From Rhizophagus irregularis (taxonomy: Eukaryota), in contig NC_089429.1 in assembly GCF_026210795.1 (NCBI RefSeq), forward strand, positions 2,852,001 through 2,916,000: DNA of 64,000 nucleotides, given 5' to 3'. The position numbers and the translations under genes are program-made. The notes under the pieces were generated by a model, which made no database searches, was not told the DNA's origin, and saw nothing but the letters and a program-made list of their open reading frames with translations. Positions 1 through 11,497 of the stretch are shown in pieces. The first letter of the stretch is position 1. Each line of letters opens with the position of its first letter.

Positions 1-184
1 AAATAAGCCTAATCTGAATCTGATCTGATCTGATCTGATCTGATCTGAAATTAATCTGATTTATTCAGATCAAATTTTTTTGATCTGAATCTGAACTGCA
101 GATTAAATTTATCTAATCTGATCTGAATCTGACAGATCGGATTCAGATCAAATCTGATCAAATCAGATTTTTTTCGGAGCACTA
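1..184. mobile_element. Right end of a hAT-like non-autonomous element with subterminal (ATCTG)n repeats, truncated by the window edge
   Basis: Dense ATCTG/CAGAT repeats in both orientations end abruptly at ...TTTCGGAGCACTA (reverse complement TAGTGCTCCG, a TAG-start typical of hAT TIRs). The other end is not visible. Confidence 0.45.
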
Positions 185-1477
185 ATCAGAATATTTCATT
201 TTGTCTACGTAAACAAAACAAAAACATGTTGAACAAGTAAAAGAAAACAATAACATAAATAAAAGTGAGAGTGAAAATGAGAAGGAAATTTCTGCTAATG
301 AAGAGGAACAAATTGTTAATAGTGATACACTATCAATTTTATCAACAGAAAATTTAAATAGTAATAGTAATTTAGATTCTTTAATGCAAAATTTGATACC
401 AAATGATAACTGGCAAATTGATATTTCAAATTTGTTATCTGACGATGAAATGGAATATAATGATAGTAATTTTGTGAATAAAGAAAATGAATATGAAGAT
501 CAAACAGTAGATAGTAAAACTAAACAATATGACAATAGTAATAAAATACACAATTTTTCTGGAAAGGCAGGACCTTATTTTTCTAATTTTACACATTTTT
601 TATTATTTATGTGGATTACAAAACACCAAATAGGTATAGTATATTTGTATATTTAAAACAAATTTAGATAAGATTTACAATAATATAACTTTATTTTAAT
701 AAATACTAGGTTGCGAGGCATATCGGGATTTTTCAAATATTATCAAACATCCAGATTTTAATATCAGTGATGTTCCATACTCTATTATTACAATTAAAAA
801 ATACCGGGATAGTTTACCATTAATTTCATTTAATGGTTATGATATTGAACTTAATGATCGTGATACTCCTTCAACATCAAAACCAACTCGTCAAGCATTT
901 GTATTTCAATTAAAAAGAATTTTACAACGTATAATGCTAAATCCATCATTACGTGATCAAATGTATTTTGGTTCAGGTATTTATTCCAAAATTAGACAAG
1001 AACTATGGCATGGTGATATTTGGCATAAATCACCATTATTTGGCACTACATACATCTATATAAATAATGGTAAATATACTTTGATTATTACAACATTATA
1101 ATTGTCTAAAACTTATTTTATTTATTTATAAATCTATTTTATAGTTATGTATAACCTTGGAGACTTTATTACATATTATGATAGAAACTCCAATACTTCT
1201 ATTAACTATGAATGAATTATTGGTTTTGTTATTTATGACAAAACTAAATGTTTTTTAATAAAAGCAGAAAGAATACTTGATTTTAATTCATTACCAAATC
1301 TTCTGAAATCTCGTCAAAGAAAAAATCAAATTAATAATACACAAAAACTTTGGATGACTAATGAGAATGAAATGATTGAACTCAATTGGATTGAATCTAA
1401 AATCAATGTATGGCTTATGGATACGAAAAAACCTGACAATTATGATTATTGTATTAATGAAATTGTCATATGAGGGT

Positions 1478-1769
1478 TAGGGTTGTACTAGTACAGTACT
1501 AGTACAGTATAGTACAATACTTAAGTACTGTACTTTGTACTTGAAAATTTAGTACAAATACAATTTTAGTACATACTATTAATAAATTTTATTGGTTAAT
1601 TTTATAAATATAAACAATATTGATCACATGATATCTACCTAAAATGGTTAAATTATATCCTAAAAAGTAATAATTGTATTAGTACAGTGTACTTAGTACT
1701 TGTACGAAATTTTTGCTAGTACAGTACGTACTAGAATTTTGCTAGTACAGTTGTACTACCACAACCCTG
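1478..1769. mobile_element. hAT-like MITE inside the transposase pseudogene
   Basis: Ends TAGGGTTGTACTAGTAC / GTACTACCACAACCCTG with many AGTAC subterminal repeats. Coding sequence NEIV|YKSNNKW resumes across it. No clean TSD. Confidence 0.7.
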
Positions 1770-3862
1770 TCTATAAGAGTAATAATAAATGGAATACACG
1801 ATCAGTTGATCTTCATCACAAACATTCAATTGAATATACTCCAATACGAAAAATTTCAGATGAGTTACCTGTTTTTAAATTTTTTCTTGATATTTATATT
1901 GATAAATTTGGACCATTTTGTAATGCATATCATGCAATAGGAGGAATCTATTTACAAATTGGAAATATGACACAAGTTATACGTCAGAAACTTAAAAATC
2001 ATTTTCTTTTAGGATTTATTCCTTTTGGTGCAAATTGTAATGATGTTTTGAAACCTATAATTGAAGATATAAAAGAACTTGAAAATGGATTTGAAATGGA
2101 TTTAGATAATAAGCGTATTTGGATAACTGGTGGATTGGGAAATATTACATCAGACTTACCTGAAGGAAATGAACAAGCTAGAATTAAGAATCATAATGCT
2201 AACCATGGCTGTCGTATTTGTATTATCCATCATGATGAATTAAATAATATGTCTTTTGATCTTGCAATGGGAAGACGTTACCATCACAAGACTTCTTTAC
2301 AATTTGTTGAGTTGGATAATGCTCAAAGCTCATGGTGAAAGAGAATTCCTATCACAACAATATGGAATTCGAAATAAACCTTCAATTTTTGATAATGTGA
2401 CTTGTGATCGACATTTACAATGCCCTCATGACGTATTCCACTGTATGGGAGGCTTAGCCAGTAATATATTACAAGAAACATTCTCAATTTTAATGACTAA
2501 AGGAGAAGAGTTATTTTTAACTATTTGGAAATGTTTTGAATTTCCAAGTACATGGTCACGTCAACAAAGTCCTATAACTCATCTCAATTCTTATTTTTTC
2601 TCAGATTACCTTCATTTAACAATGATAATGCCATTTTTAATTAACCGTGCAATCAATGTTAATTTATTAAAAGATAATTTTGTTAACCATATTTCAATAT
2701 CATACAATTTGCGAAGAAACCAGATGGTTGATAAGTTATGTTATCTCTGGATTTTATTTGCTAAACTAATTGCTTTAGTGTTTAAAAAAACATATTCTAA
2801 AGCAGAAATTAAGAATTTAAATGATCTTATCATTCAATGGGCGGATTTAATCTTAAAGGTATGATTTTTTTTGTCATTACCTTTGCAAATCATAGTTTTG
2901 TACATTATCACAAGCAATCTTATGGTATTAGATTTTTCCTTCCATTTCACGACTTCCTAATTTTCACATAATTCGTCACTTTAATATACACATTCAAAAT
3001 TTTGGACCTCTTGTAAATACGGCAGTAGCTACTAAAGAAATGGTACACCGTATTTTTAAGTCTGTAATCCCGCATTCTAACAAAAAAAACATTGAATTCG
3101 ACTTTTTCCATTATCACAATTTATTACAAACTCTTTGATACTTATTGGATGGAGGAGTTGATTCAAGATATAATAATACAACTCAATTTAATTTTAAAGA
3201 ATTACTAAAAGATCAATGTGTACGAAACTTTTTAGATAATTGGTATATTTCACCATTACAATTTGATTTAGAAAGTGGTAAGTAATCTTTATTATACATC
3301 ATTTTAAATATTTTGATATTTATTTACTTTAATTTACAGATTCATCTTTAACTTGTATGACCGAAAATTATATTAATTTATGTGTTCAATCACCACTTAA
3401 AAAATGTGATTTAAAGAAAGATGATCTTGAAACCTTTCTAAATAATGATTTATTTGCAGAGTTAGGACGAGCTTACAAAGAGGATTTAAATAATATAGAA
3501 CATCTAATATCTCGTAAAGTTAAATACTATAAAAGTATTTCCTATACAATTGTAGATAAAGATGAGCAAGTTAATGTAAAATTAAATGTAGGAGATGTTG
3601 TAGATGTATTAGAAGATATTACACCACTTGGAAATATATCTCAAGATGCTACTGATATGGTTACAAGAGTATCTTATATACGAATTAAAGCAATAATTTT
3701 ACATTAAAAAGGACAACTTCAAGTACCATTTCTTTTCTTAGATTGGTTTATTTCTCAAAATACTAATGATCAAAAATTAAAGTGTCCTTTATATAGATTA
3801 CAGCGGCAATCAGATTATACATGGAGACGTATTTATGCAATAAAATGGATCGATCATCAACC

Positions 3863-4249
3863 TAAAGATGTGATATGTAATTATTTTTAGAAGGTTGTAA
3901 GGTTACAACTATTACAACATACATACAACACTTTTGTTGTAATTGCAATACAATATTATAATTATTATATAGTATTATAATACTATTAGTATTGTAATTA
4001 TTATATAGTGTTGTAATTATTTTTAATTATACAAATATGTATTATAATATATTAATAATTATTTCTTTTTATGATGATATTTATTCTATAAAAACTTATT
4101 TTTGTAATTTTTATTTTTCAAAAAGAAAATTTTTGAATAATCATAAGTGTTGTAATATTACAACACTTTAACTTTAAAAGTAGTAATAGATTGCAACCCT
4201 TACTATTACAACATAAGGTAGTAATTATCAATTACATACTACATCTTTA
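3863..4249. mobile_element. hAT-type MITE with 8-bp TSD
   Basis: TIR TAAAGATGTGATATGTAATT / AATTACATACTACATCTTTA; exact TSD CATCAACC at 3855-3862 and 4250-4257; removal restores WIDHQPNVHFVH. Confidence 0.9.
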
Positions 4250-5049
4250 CATCAACCTAATGTTCATTTTGTTCATTGTTGTAAGACAAGCTGTATAGAC
4301 GGACAACATTTTCAAAATAATATGTATTATATGCATAATATATTTTACTATATAGCCATATAATTTAGATTAGTATGATGTATGTATTGTAATATTGTGG
4401 TATAATAATAATCGCAATAATAAATTAAAATAATTTCAAATTATTAATTAAAATATTACTAAAATATTACAAATTCTTAATAAAATAATTTCAAATTAAT
4501 AATATATTTAATTTAATAATTACAAAATAATTTTAATTTTTTTGAAATTGTATTATAAGATCTTTCAAGATGGTTTACAAAAAATTATCGTAATAATAAC
4601 AAAATAATATTTAAATAATTTCAAAATTTTATCTATTTTTAGCAAAGTATCTTTTTACTTTGTGAAATAAAAAAATAAATTTTTTCTCATTTACTTAGAG
4701 AAATAAAAAAAATTTTTTTTTTGTTTATTAAAAAAAATAAAAAAAATAATAAAAAAAATTTTCTCATTCATTAAGAGAAATAAAAAAAAAAAAAAAAATT
4801 TCAAATTTTATAATGATAAACTATTTTTAATAATATTAAACAAAACCTTAAGTCAATACTTGTCAATCTAATAATTAAATTGAAGTTATATTAAAAAAAA
4901 TTCTATTATATATATCTAAGTAAAAAAAGACTTTATGATTGTCTATTTGTATTCTCTTTAAGAATAAACTAAAAATATAACAAACATATAAATCCTCATA
5001 TATGTGAATCAGTTCAAAAAATAAATTTATGCAATTTTTAAAAGAACAC

Positions 5050-6900
5050 AATTTTTTTTTAATATAATGCAATATGTAATTGGAAGCTTGATGGATTATA
5101 AACTTAAAAAAGAACTGCAGAAGATGAAAGAGTTAAAGGAGATAAAGAAATTGAAGAAGATAGAGAAATTACAGGAAAAGGAGTTGTAAAAAGCAAAGAA
5201 GTTGTAAATAATTAAGATAATAAAAAAATGGTTAAGGTGATAAAAAAGATGGTTATAATGATAATTAAAAAGAAAAAGAGCAAGATGATCAAATAGAAAA
5301 GAAAGATTAAATTAATATAACTTATTATTTATTATTCTCATCAATCCCATAATGTTTCTTATTTCTGCTTTTAAAATAAAGCTTATATATTAAGTTATTT
5401 TTAAATATGTAGAAAGATTACTTTTTTGATTTCTTGTTAAACACAAATAATATATTTCTCATAAAATTGTAAAGGATTTTGTTTTAAAATATAATTTGCC
5501 AAAACAGACTGACTTTTCTGATGCAGATTTATTATACATGTTTAATTCTATGATTCAAAATTTATCTCTATTTATGTATGACTAACATCAAATATTGTTC
5601 TATAGGTCATATAAAACTAATTTATTGTTTCTATTCAAGTCTTTTAAAATTGAAGTTAGAAACTATAATGCTTATAAAATAATATACTTAGAAGGGAAAT
5701 GGAGTGACAAGAAATTACAAAAATTTTTAACATAAGCATTAGAAGTAATTATATATCTCAGTAGCTTAAATATCACAAATCTGAATGTCATTCTTACAGT
5801 ATTGTTAATAAGAACAGTTTTTTTTTTATGTATATTTTTTTATTATAAAAGATCAAGAAGCATTTGAATCACTTACAGAAATTAAATGTAAGCTAAATAA
5901 TGAATTTATAGAATAATTATTTTTAATGAAGAAAAGAAAGCATAAAAAGGAAAAAGATTGTGATGCAAAGAGAAGGTATTTGACAAATATGGAATATATA
6001 GAATTTATACACAGGTCGAAAAGTGAAAAATCAGGCATCAATCAGGCACCAATCGGTCACCAATCAGGTACCTGATTGGTGACCGATTGGTGCCTGATTA
6101 GCATTTTCAATCGACCAATCAGGCAGTTTACTAACTTTTGATCCAGTAATCAGAAAAAGATGAAATATAGCTCATTGGAATCGTCTCAATAAGACGAATC
6201 TAATGGTAGTAAAATCGCATCTCTGGGATTAATACTTGATGAGAAATTAAGTAAAATATAAAAATGAAAATGTATCATTTATATTTTATTTAATTTTTTA
6301 TTAACTATCAATCCTAGAGATGCGATTTTACTACTATTAGATTCGTCTTGTTGATACGATTCCAATGAGCTATATTTCATCTTTTTCTGATCACTGGATC
6401 AAAAGTTAGTAAACTGCCTGATTGGATGACGAAGATTTGGCTTAAAATGCCAATCAGGCACCAATCAGTCACCAATCAGTCACCAATCAGCTACCTGATT
6501 GGTGACCGATTGGTGCCTGATTTTTCACTTTTTGACCTGTGATAGATTTTGCCTTATATTTAGTTAACAAACTGGAAAGAAATAAAAAACAAGTAGAGCA
6601 AATCGTACAAATGGCTATAAATAAAAATAAGGTACTAGTGAATATATGGAAAAGTTTAATAAATCAAAAAGATGAGGATACAAAAATTAAAAAATTCGTG
6701 GCTTTTACAAATATCCAGTTTGATATAGTAAGTACTTCAGATATTATTTTTTGGGTTTCTGGTTACATTATATACTAATTCTGTAATATTGTATTTAACA
6801 GTATTTAAAAATCAAACAGGATAAGGCTTGAAAAGCAATACTTTATTATTGTTTTAGTAGAAGATTAAAACCTGATCCTCTTTAGATTATTAAACTGAAA
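5050..6900 (+). pseudogene. Highly degraded gene remnant of unknown family, interrupted by the 6010-6541 MITE
   Basis: Purine-rich codon-like stretches (K/E-rich; MEYIEF|DFALYLVNKLE across the MITE) with many stops. Confidence 0.3.
6010..6541. mobile_element. Fold-back (whole-length palindromic) CMC/CACTA-like MITE, copy 1
   Basis: Ends CACAGGTCGAAAAGTGAAAAATCAGGCA / TGCCTGATTTTTCACTTTTTGACCTGTG; 3-bp TSD ATA; arms complementary almost to the centre; CCAATCAG subterminal repeats. Confidence 0.9.
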
Positions 6901-8510
6901 AAATTTTTGCATATATTCATTCTAATATTTACAAATATACAGTATGCATGTTATGGAAATTGTTTAAACATATCAAATATATTCAGTTTGTTATCTGTTA
7001 TAAAAAGGGTCATTTTATAAAATTTAATTATTTAACAAAGTTCATGCTAAAGATCTGTATTTGTTATATTAAAATTTGCTATAAAAAGGCAAACTGTATA
7101 TAATTATTTATACATTGATAAATCCACATTATTTACTTACAAAGTTTGCATTTTGTAAAAAAAAATAAAAAAAATGAAATTAGCCTAGTGTTATTTACCA
7201 AAGTATGTTATTAAAGAAGAAAATTTAATAAAATTTTTTCAATGTTGATAATAAATGGGATCAGAGAATGCCTTAAATTATGATTCATATTTATACAGTA
7301 ACAAAAATTTTACAAAAATTCATTCAAACTTTAATAATATAAAAAAATCAGCATATTGTATTACATATATTGTATAATAAATTTATACATATAAAATGAA
7401 GTTTTTTCCTGTTATTTTCTTTCAATTAACAATCAACATGCTATTTATTACAGTAGAACTGGATTTCTAAAACTTCATTCATATTGTATAATAAAACAAA
7501 CATGCTTAAATTAGATTATATTTACTTTTTTTTAAGCATAATTGAAGTTCTGGAACACTTTTCAGATATTCTTCTATATGTGCGGAAAAAGAAAAGTGAA
7601 TACCATCAGACTCATCCCAACCTTTGCTACGATTATCACATGATTTCAATCGAATTACAAAGAAATTTTAATGACTATTGTCTGGAGCGAAGCGGAGGAC
7701 AATGTGTTTCTACGTATTATAAAAATATGTGATCACAGTATTTGAATAAAATTCCGGACTCAAAATGGGTTCCGTTTCCTAGTATAATGGGATTTATAGT
7801 ACCTGATTAGTGATTATACGTTGTTTTAAAATTATAATTCACATGACGGATTTTAATAACTTTTTCCTTCCATCACCAAGTTCATTTCGCACAAACATTC
7901 CATTTATATTAAACTTTTTTGTGAGACGGAACTGCTTTGCATCTTTTCTATACAAACATAATATATGATACATGACATTCCCTCAAGGGAGAGATCTAAC
8001 CTACACTGACTTCTTTGCTATCTAACTAGAAATATACTAAATGTACCTCTCACACCGCATAACTTTCTCCATTTCTGTTTAGCCGAGTTCCACAAGAGAA
8101 CTCCGAGAAATGTTTGATCAGACACGTGAGCGTTACACGATTTTAAATAACAGATATGCGAGATATGCGGTTAATCATGATTGTTAAATTAAATCACGGG
8201 AATAATTATGCAAGCAATTATTAAAGCGCATCTTCAACATGCGCGTGCATTAAATTTCCAAGACTTCTTGCGTAGAGATAAAACTTTGATAGAAAAGATA
8301 GAAAAATATGAAAAGAAAAAATGCAAAATTTTTTATTACACCAGAATTTTCAAAAAAATTAATACAAAGAGAGAGATGAGTTACAAAATAGAGAGAAAAA
8401 ATATATATATAAAAGAAATTCTTGTAAGAAAATCACACACAACACCATCGCTAAAAACCTTAAAATTTTAATCTTACATTCTCTTTGATTCTTGAATATA
8501 ATCTTCTCCC

Positions 8511-9383
8511 TCATTCACCCAATTCAACGTAAAGGTAAAAGGTAGGATCTTTTTTATGTTTTTTACATTCTAAAGGTTCAAAAACACCGAAATGTTTTTT
8601 GAATTTTCTAGGTAATTGAAAAGTCATAAATTGATTATCACAAGTTCTATAACCGATACTATTAAACAAAATTTTTCTCGTAGCAGAAGGAGGAGTAGGA
8701 GGTAAAGGCAAAGGTAAAATTTGAACTTGTTTACTTCTTTCAATAAACTCTTGATTGATTTTTAAATCATGATCGGATTGTTTATTACAATCATCACAAT
8801 GTAAATAACCAGAAGTAAAATCTACGTTGGCCAATTTAGCTAAAGAATCCGTATAAGCATTATATTTTTTAGTTAAAACAGTATGAGAGTATAAAGAAAG
8901 TTGAGAAAATATATCTTTTCTTTTGTATTCAGGAAATTTGTCTAAAACTAATTTTGAAGATTCTTTATAAAGAGATTTAAAATGATATCTATCAGCTAAA
9001 ATTAATGAATATAAAGGATTTTTACGAAATTCTCTTTCAAGAAATGTTTTCGCACTTAATAAAACACTATCAACAATATATTTTTCTGAAAATCTTAAAA
9101 ATTCTTCTATATTATCCCAATCTATCAAAATAAATGTATTTGGATAAATATATGATAATAAATTTTCAAATGTTTTCTTTGATTCCCCTTCTAATACTAC
9201 TACTGGTGTATTTTCACTATCATTTTGAGTTGAATAATTTGGAGTAGCGCATGTGAACATATCATAAAACATTTTTGATGCCAATCCGATTATATTTTTG
9301 TGCACAAGAAATTTTGTGTCTTCTACTACAAATAAAACATCACCATCTATATGATAATGTATGTGATTATTTTGTTGAGACAT
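8511..9383 (-). CDS. BTB/POZ domain protein (290 aa, intronless)
   Basis: GDVLFVVEDTKFLVHKNIIGLASKMFYDMF...LLSYIYP...KYIVD is a canonical BTB signature. Confidence 0.9.
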   Translation of the reverse strand: MSQQNNHIHYHIDGDVLFVVEDTKFLVHKNIIGLASKMFYDMFTCATPNYSTQNDSENTPVVVLEGESKKTFENLLSYIYPNTFILIDWDNIEEFLRFSEKYIVDSVLLSAKTFLEREFRKNPLYSLILADRYHFKSLYKESSKLVLDKFPEYKRKDIFSQLSLYSHTVLTKKYNAYTDSLAKLANVDFTSGYLHCDDCNKQSDHDLKINQEFIERSKQVQILPLPLPPTPPSATRKILFNSIGYRTCDNQFMTFQLPRKFKKHFGVFEPLECKKHKKDPTFYLYVELGE

Positions 9384-10627
9384 AATATCGAAGATAATAT
9401 ATAAATATCTATATTTTATATATTTATATGTATATAAAAAAAGAAAGTTTTATTTTTGTTAAGAAAAAGGAATTTAAAGTTATTTATATACCAATTTTCC
9501 TTTTATTTCCTAGATTTGGAACAATACACAAATAAATGTGAAAATAATACTTTTTGTAATATTATTGGTTGTGTACAAAGGGATTGCATTTATGATTTTG
9601 GCCAAATTAATCTAGTTCGAAATGATATAACTGATCGTCAAGATTTACATCATTATATTGAGAAGACAATTCTTAAAGTCGGTACTAATTAATTGCCGTT
9701 ATTCGATATAATTGATTCGATATACGAAATAAAATATTTAATAAACGTATAATTTCCTAATTTAAATATTTTATTCTGATTGGTAAAATATAAATTATTG
9801 AAATCCTTGCCTAGAGGAATTTATTATGTCCGCCATCCTGAATGGAGTGGACCGAAAAAATTTTCCGGAACGGAATTATACTCCCGATGTATGATCTAAT
9901 CTCTAAATATAGTTTACTAAAAATAGGTGAATTTAAACATTGTTCATATCAAAGTTTTTCAAAGAATTAAAAATAAGTATAACCACTTTAAGTTAAAATT
10001 TTAACTCTTAATTTCCTTAAAGTTTAAATAACAGATAAAAAAAAAATCAAAAGCTGCGCTACTGCGATAATTTTTTACAAAAGATTTTGTCCAATCTATT
10101 TTTAGCAAATTATAGCTATTTTTAGCACATTCTTCCATTTTATCGTTATTCTTTTTCTGGATAAAAAAGAATTTCATAAATCATAATTCGCAGCAAATGT
10201 TAAAAAAGGTATTTGAATATTGAATATAGTTTCATTGAGTTTCATGTCATGGAAAATGTTCATTGTGTTCTTTATCTCAATGAAACGCCAAAATAGTTGG
10301 GATCAATAACGTATTATGATCAAAATAATTCAAACAATGGATCAAAATTAACCAATCAGAATTAAACAAATCTGATATAAACGCGCATCTTTATAATAAT
10401 CATTAACTTGGAATTTGGCAATTTAATTGTTTCTATTATTGCTAATTTTAATAAACTGATATTTATATATACAATCATGTATTATTGTTAATATGTAAAC
10501 AATCTAATTACAACATTTTAATATTATTAATAGTGGATAAAATACCGTGTCACCCCTATGGGGTGACCGTCCAATCATTAACTACTATTTATTATTATTA
10601 TTAATTATTTTAGTAGAAGTGCGGCAT

Positions 10628-11497
10628 TTACCTTCTGCCGCCTAATTCAATAAAAATATAATAATCAGGTTCGTCTTTAATATTATCACAATCCAATGGT
10701 TCAAAATTTTCAAAAAACATCTTAAACTTTTGCGGTAAATGAAACTGAATATTAATATATCCACAATTATTCTCTTTTATCAAACTAGAAAGTAATTTAT
10801 AAGTAATAGAAGGAGGTGGATTTGGCAAGACTTGTAAATGTCTAATAACTTGGCTTAACTTTTGTTTAAAATCCTTTAGATGCCTTGTTACATGATTATT
10901 AATATGATTAAATCTTGGTACAAAAGTTTCAGCGTCAATTCTACCCAAAGAATTCGTATATTCCATATGTTTTTCAAGTAAAGCAGCACGAGAATCACTT
11001 GAAAGAAATTTGAACCCCGTTAATCTTTGATATGCAGGTAATTGGTCTAATACTAATTTAGAAGATTCTTTGTATAAATCTTTGAATTCATACTGTTCTG
11101 ATAATACTAAAGTTAATAAAGGATTTTCTCTGAAGTATTGTTGTAAAAATACTTTTGATGCTTCCATAACTGAATCCATCATATATTTATCTGATAATTT
11201 AAGAAATCCCGCTACGTTTTGCCATGTTATTGGTTGATAATTTCCTGGATAGATATATGATAAAACTTCTTGAAATTTTTCTGAGGATTCATCATCTAAT
11301 GATATTTCTGGTAATTTTCTTTCTGTTGAACTTTCTTCTTTGGACGGTGTTATTGCTTTCGCACATTTGAACATATCTTGAAATACTTTTGAACAAAGTG
11401 ATAAAATATTTCTATGCAAGCAAAACGTAATTCCTTTAACTGTTATCAAGATATCCCCATCCGAATAATAATGTAATGAACTTTTTTGATTTATCAT
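10628..11497 (-). CDS. BTB/POZ domain protein (289 aa), tandem paralogue of 8511-9383
   Basis: GDILITVKGITFCLHRNILSLCSKVFQDMF; shares LYKESSKLVLD and FEPL.C...YI.EL with its neighbour. Confidence 0.9.
   Translation of the reverse strand: MINQKSSLHYYSDGDILITVKGITFCLHRNILSLCSKVFQDMFKCAKAITPSKEESSTERKLPEISLDDESSEKFQEVLSYIYPGNYQPITWQNVAGFLKLSDKYMMDSVMEASKVFLQQYFRENPLLTLVLSEQYEFKDLYKESSKLVLDQLPAYQRLTGFKFLSSDSRAALLEKHMEYTNSLGRIDAETFVPRFNHINNHVTRHLKDFKQKLSQVIRHLQVLPNPPPSITYKLLSSLIKENNCGYINIQFHLPQKFKMFFENFEPLDCDNIKDEPDYYIFIELGGRR

Larger units (their letters stand above)
200..4363 (+). pseudogene. Degenerate multi-exon CACTA/Plavaka-like transposase
   Basis: ORFs 384-656, 1700-2338, 2256-2864 and 3357-3707 carry FLDIYIDKFG, IYLQIGN, ITSDLPEGN..HGCRIC and PHDVFHC, plus C-terminal VHFVHCCKTSC..H..N.F. 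In-frame stops, a frameshift near 2340 and two MITE insertions. The 5' start is not defined. Confidence 0.75.

Noticed and set aside
1472..1486. GAGGGTTAGGGTTG as a telomeric repeat
   Set aside because: Under two units long and explained by the MITE terminus.
7830..8471. GC-richer patch and 87-aa ORF as a gene
   Set aside because: No consistent splice model or domain could be built.
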